IMG/VR virus record: IMGVR_UViG_3300029288_000116
Location: 31,162-95,161 of that record
Length of the DNA: 64,000 nucleotides
Source of the DNA: a virus
Taxonomy: Duplodnaviria > Caudoviricetes
Direction: 5' to 3' (one strand)
The first letter of the stretch is position 1, and each line of letters opens with the position of its first letter. Below, piece after piece: positions 56,946-64,000 of the stretch. The notes beneath the pieces are model-generated. The model saw only the letters and a list, made by a program, of their open reading frames with translations, did not search any database and had not been told where the DNA came from. Position numbers and translations under genes: made by a program.

Positions 56946-57319
56946 GACTGTTTATCTAAGGCTTTTGCTGCTATTTCAAAAAAACCTACCCGAACTTTTT
57001 GTTTTGCAATTAATTTTTCAATTTCTATCATTTTTTCATCATTCGGAATATAATATTTTTCAATTTCTTGTTTATTCAAGTTTCTTTCGTCATTAAATTT
57101 GAATTTATCATATAATTTACACATTAATCTATCTTTTAATGATGAAAGATAATCTAATTGACTTTTTTCTTTATAATACAAATCTTGATATTGAAGAAAC
57201 AAAAATGCATTTTTTTCAATTTTGTTTTGAAGATCAAATTCATTAAAAGCTATTTGGTCCTCTATAGGATAATCTTTTTTAAGATCTTCTATTATTTTTT
57301 TATATTCTTCCGTTTTCAT
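56903..57319 (-). CDS. uvsY: Recombination mediator UvsY-like
   Basis: Helical protein ending SWSIKNYLD; adjacent to uvsW. Confidence 0.7.
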   Translation of the reverse strand: MKTEEYKKIIEDLKKDYPIEDQIAFNEFDLQNKIEKNAFLFLQYQDLYYKEKSQLDYLSSLKDRLMCKLYDKFKFNDERNLNKQEIEKYYIPNDEKMIEIEKLIAKQKVRVGFFEIAAKALDKQSWSIKNYLDAGKLL

Positions 57320-57930
57320 ATATATTTTCTTCTTATAATTTCGTTGTACCAAGCCTCCCACCACTCTCTATCGCCATTTGCTACACCATTACACGACATA
57401 CAAACAGTAATCAAATTTACAGGTCTACAATCTTTTTTATCATAATTTATATGATGTAGACACAATAATGTAAATTTCCCACTACAACAAGGATTTTGAC
57501 ATTTACCTCGATCTCTTTCATATTTTAGCCACCTTTTATATTCTACATCTGACCATTGAGTACAATACGGTTCACAACTTATACCGCCCTTCCACATAGG
57601 GTTATTTTCACCTTTTGCTACTCCCCTTTTAATTCTTGTTTTACTAATTTTTTGTTTGGTTTCTCCAGTAAATATTATTCCTATTCTTGCTTCACCCATT
57701 TTTTTCTTGGTTTCTTCTGAATGTTTATTCCCAGTATTTCGTTTCCATTTTTTTGATGTGTGATGACAATTATGAGAACAAAATACACTATTTTTATATC
57801 TACCTAAAAAATTTTCACCACACTCTAAACAAGACTCAAAAAAGTGAAAAGTCATTCCCCACGCCGCGCGAAATGTACCTCTTTTTTTATTATATTTCAT
57901 CCCTTCTAAATTATCCCAACAAATCTTCAT
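57316..57930 (-). CDS. HNH homing endonuclease with NUMOD3-like domain
   Basis: HSEETKKKM, GENNPMWKGG, LHHINYDKKDCRPVNLITVCMSC. Confidence 0.85.
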   Translation of the reverse strand: MKICWDNLEGMKYNKKRGTFRAAWGMTFHFFESCLECGENFLGRYKNSVFCSHNCHHTSKKWKRNTGNKHSEETKKKMGEARIGIIFTGETKQKISKTRIKRGVAKGENNPMWKGGISCEPYCTQWSDVEYKRWLKYERDRGKCQNPCCSGKFTLLCLHHINYDKKDCRPVNLITVCMSCNGVANGDREWWEAWYNEIIRRKYI

Positions 57931-57936
57931 GAATTA

Positions 57937-57983
57937 ATTATATCACCTCCACATATGTATGTAAATCTTCAAAAGTATTTATT
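57937..57983 (-). promoter_or_regulatory. Early (ATTTAC-N18-TATAAT, leaderless) and late (AATAAATA) promoters for the HNH-uvsY-uvsW operon
   Basis: -10 at 57942-57937, 6 nt from ATG; late box 57983-57976. Confidence 0.6.
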
Positions 57984-57987
57984 TTTA

Positions 57988-58035
57988 GTTTCAGAAAACC
58001 TCTGAACATGTTATAATAAACTAAAACCTTGGAGG
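57988..58035 (+). promoter_or_regulatory. Repeated early promoter-leader unit
   Basis: gtttcag 57988, tataat 58012, aaactaaaa, ggagg. Confidence 0.8.
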
Positions 58036-58294
58036 TAAACTATGAAATTATGGAGACTTATAAAAAGTGGAAAGGTGCAGAAAGATGAACATGTTTGTTT
58101 ATTAATACGGGCAAAATCTGAAAAGTCGGCTAGAATCGTCGCTCGCACATTTGCAGATGAATATGATGAACCTAATCTCGCAGATAGTTGGTTAGACCCA
58201 AAACAGGTTATTTGTCAAAAAATAAAAATGGAAGGACTAGAAGAAGTTTTAATAGAACAAATATAAACTAAAACCTTGGAGGTAAACTATGAAA
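58016..58294 (+). repeat. 32-bp perfect direct repeat flanking one gene
   Basis: ataaactaaaaccttggaggtaaactatgaaa at 58016-58047 and 58263-58294. Confidence 0.9.
58042..58266 (+). CDS. Hypothetical protein
   Basis: Promoter and SD. Confidence 0.65.
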   Translation: MKLWRLIKSGKVQKDEHVCLLIRAKSEKSARIVARTFADEYDEPNLADSWLDPKQVICQKIKMEGLEEVLIEQI

Positions 58295-58690
58295 GTTGTC
58301 GCGTATTCTAAAAAGACTGGGTGGTTTACCGGCGAACTCAGTCTTGAAAAAATGAAGATCTCTAAGAAAAAAAGTATAAATAAACTGTCTGAGGGGAAGG
58401 CAGAAGATACCATAACCATCAAGAGATATATCAAAATCAATAAGTTGGACACTACCGAAGAGGTATTTTACAAAGCCCTCAAGGTCGATAGGCTGTATAT
58501 TGATCTTAAATTCGAAGAAAAAAAGAAAAAGAACGAAGAAAAAGAGCCTGAAACTGAAGAGGTTGCTAGTGAAGCAGAAAAGAAGTGGTGGAAGAAATTA
58601 AACAAATTCTGTTTAGGATGTTTAAAAACCTGTAAACAGTCGTCTATGGTTACGGTAATTAAATGTCCTTCGTATGAAAAAGTAGCGTAA
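58289..58690 (+). CDS. Hypothetical basic protein with C-terminal Cys4 motif
   Basis: CLGCLKTCKQS...CPSY; SD. Confidence 0.65.
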   Translation: MKVVAYSKKTGWFTGELSLEKMKISKKKSINKLSEGKAEDTITIKRYIKINKLDTTEEVFYKALKVDRLYIDLKFEEKKKKNEEKEPETEEVASEAEKKWWKKLNKFCLGCLKTCKQSSMVTVIKCPSYEKVA

Positions 58691-58716
58691 AAATACGTTA
58701 TGGGATTTACAAAATT

Positions 58717-59004
58717 ATGTTTGAATGGTCTAAAAACTTAAATGGCTGGCTTTCTCCCTCAGGAGAATTTTTTGAGTGCGCCCCACTGCATCATGTTGTA
58801 ATTATAGAACATATTATTAGAAAGCCTTCATATGAAGCTGAGAAAACCGGATGGCTTAAAATCGTTGATGGTCATGTGCTTAACGTTGATAGACCCCCGA
58901 ATGAGTATCAATTAATTGCTCTAAATAACGCCGGGTTTCTTTGTGATGTAGAAGCAGACTATTTTGGTTCGCCTTTTCATCATGATGGAAGGCTTATTGT
59001 ATAA
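58717..59004 (+). CDS. Hypothetical phage protein
   Basis: GWLSPSGEF...H...GWLKI. Confidence 0.6.
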   Translation: MFEWSKNLNGWLSPSGEFFECAPLHHVVIIEHIIRKPSYEAEKTGWLKIVDGHVLNVDRPPNEYQLIALNNAGFLCDVEADYFGSPFHHDGRLIV

Positions 59005-59009
59005 AATAT

Positions 59010-59096
59010 GCTCATGTCGCCTAGTCTGGTTGATGGCACCGGATTTGTAATCCGGTAGGAGAAATCCTCGCGGGGGTCCAAATCCCTCCATGAGCT
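59010..59096 (+). tRNA. tRNA-Thr(TGT) with long variable arm; CCA not encoded
   Basis: Acceptor GCTCATG/CATGAGC; anticodon arm CCGGA-TTTGTAA-TCCGG; V-arm AGGA-GAAA-TCCT; T-arm GGGGG-TCCAAAT-CCCTC. Confidence 0.8.
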
Positions 59097-59283
59097 CAAA
59101 AATGAAATTTACATTTTAGGAGGCATTATGAAAAGTAAACTGTATTTGTTGATTTTGTCAGTCCTGCTTTCTGGATGTGACGGAGCTCTGGGTAATGTCA
59201 CAGCTACAGACCCAGCTGAAAGAGGATTATCATATATCGCAGCAGCAATAATAACCCACGCACTTATATCTCTATTTAGAAGT

Positions 59284-59562
59284 TAAATTTAGGGAATTAT
59301 ATACTTAACTCCCGAAGGAGCTACTTCGATGGAAGAACCAAATTATTCAACGGCCTGTTTTAACTGCGGAGCAACCAATCTGGGGACCAACCTAATGCCT
59401 CATCGCAACAAGCGTGGTGCAATGGTGGGGATGATTTTCTCTTGCGAGTATTGCTGGAAAAAATTGGCCGATGCCGAATTGATTATATCAATCAAAGGAG
59501 AAATGCCACGCCCACAGAATCAAGGCGGTTAAGGGACTAAAGTATATAATTCCCTAAATTTA
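59284..59562. repeat. 23-bp perfect inverted repeat enclosing a small gene
   Basis: taaatttagggaattatatactt 59284-59306; aagtatataattccctaaattta 59540-59562. Confidence 0.9.
59329..59532 (+). CDS. Small Zn-finger protein inside the inverted-repeat cassette
   Basis: CFNC...CEYC; SD AAGGAG. Confidence 0.6.
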   Translation: MEEPNYSTACFNCGATNLGTNLMPHRNKRGAMVGMIFSCEYCWKKLADAELIISIKGEMPRPQNQGG

Positions 59563-59585
59563 CATTTGATTTTAGGAGACATAAT

Positions 59586-59774
59586 ATGAAATTATCAGAT
59601 GCCGTTTTACATATTGTTAATATGCAGAAAGAAGCACAACAAACACTAGATCATATACAAAAAAATATTATGTCTAACGGGATATATGATACTCTCGAAA
59701 CAATAAGACTTGACGGTCTAATTCTAGGATACAAAAGAGCCATCTCAATAATGCATATGATTGATAAAAACTAA
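59586..59774 (+). CDS. Hypothetical protein
   Basis: SD AGGAG. Confidence 0.55.
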   Translation: MKLSDAVLHIVNMQKEAQQTLDHIQKNIMSNGIYDTLETIRLDGLILGYKRAISIMHMIDKN

Positions 59775-59923
59775 GTTTACATCTTAGGAGGTTACTGTAT
59801 TGTTAGCTCTATTAACGTTGGTATTTATGTGTGTACTTAAAGTAAGTTCGTTAAATGCTTCTTTTCCTCACTGGTTATGGGTAACTATTTTTTGCTGGTT
59901 ACTTGTAGATTTGGTGTTTGGGG

Positions 59924-61258
59924 ATGGAATTAATGGAAAAACCTGATCCGCAATACCTTGAAACATGTATATTGCAATACATGCTTATAGATAAGCATTA
60001 TGCTGGGATATGTTCAAATTCCTTCGTTCCAGAGTATTTCGACTTTCCAGATACCAGAAAATCCTTTGAATTCATATCTAGTTATCTAAAAGAATATAAT
60101 AAAGTACCATCTCCTGAGATAGTTATGAATTCTGTAGAAGGCTCTGAAGATTTGATAGCTGAACCTAATATGGAACTGTCAAAAGATTATGATTGGCTTT
60201 TAGACCAAACAGATGCTTACTTAAAAGAAAAAGCTATGAAGGCAGCTATTCTTGGGGCGGTAAATTTACTTGAAGCCGGAAAAGATACTAACCAAATAAG
60301 ATCTTTAATAGAAGATGCTTTATGTAAAAACCTCAAAATAGATCTAGGAATAAATTATTGGGAAGACCTAGGAGAACGACTAAAGTATATTCTGAGTACA
60401 AACGATGATAGAATTAAAACCTGGTTTCCAACTTTTGACGATATTTTGGCTGGAGGGTTTCCAAGAAGAGGGATATTAGGGTGTTTAGTTGGAGGAACTT
60501 TCTCTGGGAAGTCGTTAGGAGCAATTAACCTAGGAGCCAGACAAGCTCAACACGGAGAAAATGTAGTAATTTTTACCTTAGAAATGGATGAATATTCTTA
60601 TTGTAATAGAGCAGATGGAATATTTTCTGGTTTAGATGTAAATAGAATGTATTTAAACAAAGATTCGATAAAGAGCCTATTAACTGAATTAAAGAAGACT
60701 AAACAAGAAAATAATTTTGGTAACCTAATTATAAAGGACTTCCCTACTGGAAAGGCTTCAGTAGGAGACCTTATAATATTTATCAGAGAACTTGAAGTTA
60801 GAGGAATTAAACCTAGTATCATCTATGTAGATTATATTAACTTAATGGCAGGAAAATATAAAGAGAACAGTTATCTTAACATTAAGACCTTGGCTGAAGA
60901 ATTAAGGGCTATGGCGGCTTTATTCGGAATTCCGATAATTACTTTTTCGCAATTAAACCGTGAAGGTGGTAGAATTTCTCTTCAGGATTTAGGATTAGGA
61001 TATGTTAGTGAGTCTAAGGCGTTAGAAGATACCGTTGATTTTATGGCTATTATTGGAATAGACGAAGACTCAATAACTTACGAAAATATGTTATTTTGGA
61101 AGATTGTGAAGAACAGAATTAGTGGAAGAAAGGACACATTGCCTTTATATGTAGACTTTAGGTCTTTAAAAATGTATGACGAAACAGAAATTGATTTGTG
61201 GATAGCTGATTCAGCAAAATCTGGAGATACTAGGAATATTTATGAAAGAAGAGAGTAA
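59924..61258 (+). CDS. gp41: Replicative DnaB-like helicase
   Basis: GGTFSGKS, TLEM, IKDFPTG, VDYINLM, AEELRAMA, SQLNR, VKNR. Confidence 0.93.
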   Translation: MELMEKPDPQYLETCILQYMLIDKHYAGICSNSFVPEYFDFPDTRKSFEFISSYLKEYNKVPSPEIVMNSVEGSEDLIAEPNMELSKDYDWLLDQTDAYLKEKAMKAAILGAVNLLEAGKDTNQIRSLIEDALCKNLKIDLGINYWEDLGERLKYILSTNDDRIKTWFPTFDDILAGGFPRRGILGCLVGGTFSGKSLGAINLGARQAQHGENVVIFTLEMDEYSYCNRADGIFSGLDVNRMYLNKDSIKSLLTELKKTKQENNFGNLIIKDFPTGKASVGDLIIFIRELEVRGIKPSIIYVDYINLMAGKYKENSYLNIKTLAEELRAMAALFGIPIITFSQLNREGGRISLQDLGLGYVSESKALEDTVDFMAIIGIDEDSITYENMLFWKIVKNRISGRKDTLPLYVDFRSLKMYDETEIDLWIADSAKSGDTRNIYERRE

Positions 61259-62794
61259 CTATTCTTTCTCATTAAGGAAGTTGAAAACTGCTTGTGAAAT
61301 ACTGGTCCATATCTTTACTGCCCTTTCCCTTTCAGGGGTCATAGGGCCGCCCGGAGCAAAATCATGATAGAAATGATTAAATACAACCTTTCTTATGTTG
61401 TTTGATTCTGACTGCGGCAAGATCCACAATATTTCATTAAGCCCATTTAGGCTGTGTTCAAAAAACTCTGCAGGATAGCGTATCGAAGCAAATCTAGGCT
61501 CTACGTCTATAGTGGAGTAGTCAATGGGTAAAATATATTCATCAATAAAAGTGTGTATTTCTTTACTAAGAAGTCTAACCCACCTATAATTTTTAACTTT
61601 GTCCTTTAACTCTGGATTAATTCTTAGTAAAGTATGAATTTTACGTAAAAGTTCGATGTGTATATCGTTATATGCTAACGGAAAATACCCATAACGACTT
61701 CCAATTTTGATTTTAGGGTCTGGAAGAGTTTTTAATAGGTCTGTAATTACCTTGGGCTCGATTTTAATGTTCATGTCCCTAAGTATTTTTACTGAAATAC
61801 CCAAATCTTTACCCTTATAAACCACGGTGTAGGTGTTATCATTTCCGATAACAAGATATTTTTTAAGGAATTGTAATACTTTAGGGTAATCTTTAGCTTT
61901 CTTAAGGTTTTCCCAAGTTCCATTAGTTAAAAGAATGTACTCTGCAAAATCATCTGGATCTGTAGGAGGATTTTCTGGGTCATATATTCTACCCATAGCA
62001 TGAATTAGTCCTATGTTGCCTAAATTGCGTACTTCTTTGAAATTTATTCCTTTAATTGGATTTAATACAAAATCCTTACAGTACTTTATATATTTTTCGT
62101 CTACAGCCCTATTTCCCTTTCCCTTAATTTGATTAATGGTATTTTCTCTATGTTCTATGGTACAATGAGGCTCGTTCTTTTTGTCCCTAAGACTATAAAT
62201 CTTGGTATTTCCAGATGAAACTCTATCATAATAAGACCCTACACAATGGCCCATAATTTTGCCTTCTCTATCTAGAGACAATTTACTTGTAACCTCTACC
62301 CACCTAAACCCATCCGGGTATTTTCTTAAGGTTTTAGTTCCTGTGTTGTCTTCAACATCTAATGCCTTTTTATTTAAATTCTTAGTCCATTCGTCAGATT
62401 GCCTTATAGCTTCAGGAACCGAAATTCTAGAAATGTTAATATTAGGATTTTCTGCGAAATAATCGAGAACATGAGTTATTTGATTCAAAAATCCTGTAGA
62501 TATGGCAATCCTAAATAGTTCGTCTCCTCTATCCATAGCTTTTTGTATCCAAGGTTTTTCTTTTTTATGATGAGCTATTACTTGTTGAGAGTAAGCTTGA
62601 GTATATTTTTGTACATCAGGATATTCTCTTAATAGATAGTTCTTAAGATTAGAATCAACCCATTTTACAATCTTATTTCTATGTACATCTGGAATACCAC
62701 GAACAACGTCATTTTTTAGAGATCTGAGAAAAAAATCTACATCCTCAGTATTAACTATATTTCTTTCTAAAAGTAGGTAGTCTAAGAACTTCAT
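61259..62794 (-). CDS. PcfJ-like domain protein with capsid-targeting-like leader
   Basis: LDREGKIMGHCVGSY...YSLRD...PHCTIE; MKFLDYLLLE. Confidence 0.7.
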   Translation of the reverse strand: MKFLDYLLLERNIVNTEDVDFFLRSLKNDVVRGIPDVHRNKIVKWVDSNLKNYLLREYPDVQKYTQAYSQQVIAHHKKEKPWIQKAMDRGDELFRIAISTGFLNQITHVLDYFAENPNINISRISVPEAIRQSDEWTKNLNKKALDVEDNTGTKTLRKYPDGFRWVEVTSKLSLDREGKIMGHCVGSYYDRVSSGNTKIYSLRDKKNEPHCTIEHRENTINQIKGKGNRAVDEKYIKYCKDFVLNPIKGINFKEVRNLGNIGLIHAMGRIYDPENPPTDPDDFAEYILLTNGTWENLKKAKDYPKVLQFLKKYLVIGNDNTYTVVYKGKDLGISVKILRDMNIKIEPKVITDLLKTLPDPKIKIGSRYGYFPLAYNDIHIELLRKIHTLLRINPELKDKVKNYRWVRLLSKEIHTFIDEYILPIDYSTIDVEPRFASIRYPAEFFEHSLNGLNEILWILPQSESNNIRKVVFNHFYHDFAPGGPMTPERERAVKIWTSISQAVFNFLNEKE

Positions 62795-62798
62795 ATGA

Positions 62799-63728
62799 TT
62801 ATATCCAATTACTAGGGATTTTTTCCCAAAATTCTCTTATTTGCTTAGCAGTAAGTTTTCTAATATATGAATTTAGAATTTTTCTACCACCCTTAAAGTC
62901 TCTTAAATATTTTTTCCAAAACTCTTCATAGGTATATTCTAATCCTTGTTTTCTAAGTTCTGTAAATATACTATTTTGCAAAAATGCTTGTCCTATATTT
63001 GTAGGTTCAGGTTCAAATAAAACAGTTAATATTTCTATCATAATATCTTTGACTTTAGGATTACTTTCAGCGTCTTCACTTTTATATACTTTTCCGTCAT
63101 CTACTTGTATAACATTTTCGATATTTTGTAAATCATAAATTTTACCAAACTTTTTGCTATTAAGAAAGTCTATTACATAGTCTCTATACTTTTTATCTAC
63201 AGAACCATTAGCCTTGCCCTTAATTTGGTGAACTTCATTACCGCTTACCTCTATTGTACAGTGAGGTTCATTCTTTTTATCTCTCAAACTAAAAATTTTA
63301 GTATTTCCGCCTTGCACTTCATCACAATAAGACCCAACACAATGTTTCATTAACTTGCCTTCTCTATCTAAGGCTTGTTTACTAATTACATCAACCCATT
63401 TAAATCCGTCTGGATATTTTTTTATTATTTTAATTCCACCAGCATCTTCTTGATCAGAGGCCTTTTTGTTTAGTTGCTCAGTCCATTGTCTACTTTGTTG
63501 TATAGCTTCTCTAACCGAGATCCTAGAGATATTAAGGTCTGGGTTTGCTTGAAAATAGTCTAAGACGTGATCTATTTGATTTTTAAACGCGTAGGGTATT
63601 TCTATATTAAGAAGTTCGTCTCCTCTATTTTTAGCTTTAGCAACCCAAGGTTTTTCTAATACAGCTAACTGCAGTTGAGCCGAAGAGAGTTTTGTTACCA
63701 TATGGTATTCTCTAAGGAGAAAATTTTT
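62799..63728 (-). pseudogene. N-terminally truncated PcfJ-like paralogue
   Basis: Frame extends upstream of ATG 63701 as *KNFLLREYH, matching KNYLLREYP of the paralogue; first ~50 aa absent. Confidence 0.6.
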
Positions 63729-64000
63729 CTATCAATTTAGATCAGGGAATTTTTAACATAGAATATGGTAATCATTTTGATAATTGGATCAAGATTTCTT
63801 TACCATATAAAGAACTAAATAAAAATGCCCCAGTTCTTAAACTTCCGATTAATCAACATAGTCAAAGTTTAAAGTATAGTAAATGGGATAGAAAACAAAG
63901 TATTAGAATATTTAAGACAGATGATAAATATTTTTTACAGTTTGTCTATGAAAAAGAAACCCCAAAACTCAGGGCCAAAGGTTCTTCCTTAGGCATAGAC
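63719..64000 (+). pseudogene. tnpB: Second tnpB, 5'-truncated, continues beyond window
   Basis: ENFSINLDQGIFNIEYGNHFDNWIKISLPY...LPINQHSQ...GSSLGID aligns to the middle of TnpB 38820-40004; in-frame TAA at 63713 upstream. Confidence 0.8.

Noticed and set aside
61259-63701. Diversity-generating retroelement between the PcfJ-like paralogues
   Set aside because: Divergence is not adenine-specific and no reverse transcriptase is present in the window.
1-64000. Genome-wide stop-codon reassignment
   Set aside because: Core genes are full length in code 11 and end in TAA, TAG or TGA; TGA read-through at the polymerase gap would stay in the wrong frame.

Overview
64-kb AT-rich segment of a large, divergent T4-like (myovirus) phage genome, standard genetic code. 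Minus strand 1-10.2 kb: baseplate/tail module (gp5 partial, hub, gp53, gp48-like, tape measure with transglycosylase, gp51/gp26-like pair, gp19 tube, gp18 sheath). 10.4-24.4 kb: plus-strand block of small early genes behind repeated GTTTCAG-N17-TATAAT promoters (DHH phosphoesterase, Cas4-like nuclease, DNA ligase, nucleotidase). 24.4-36.8 kb: head/packaging module (gp23, gp22, gp21, gp20, gp4, gp17) with TATAAATA-type late promoters. 38-58 kb: denV-like gene, a TnpB element, a cytosine-modification cluster (dCMP hydroxymethylase-like, GT-B glycosyltransferase, kinase-HAD fusion, UDG-fold protein), split DNA polymerase B, nucleotidyltransferase with an atypical tRNA-Gly, dUTPase, uvsW, uvsY, HNH. 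58-64 kb: long-variable-arm tRNA-Thr, gp41 helicase, two PcfJ-like paralogues and a second, truncated tnpB. Main findings: (1) a tnpB element inserted into the -10 box of a phage early promoter that rebuilds the promoter with its own -35 and appears to be driven by a phage late promoter; (2) the polymerase YGDTDS motif interrupted by a stop-containing 7-nt gap next to a 13-bp hairpin; (3) a T TTT TTA -1 frameshift joining gp26-like and gp51-like ORFs in the lambda G/GT position; (4) two non-canonical tRNAs. All product calls come from motif recognition by eye; no database searches were run.
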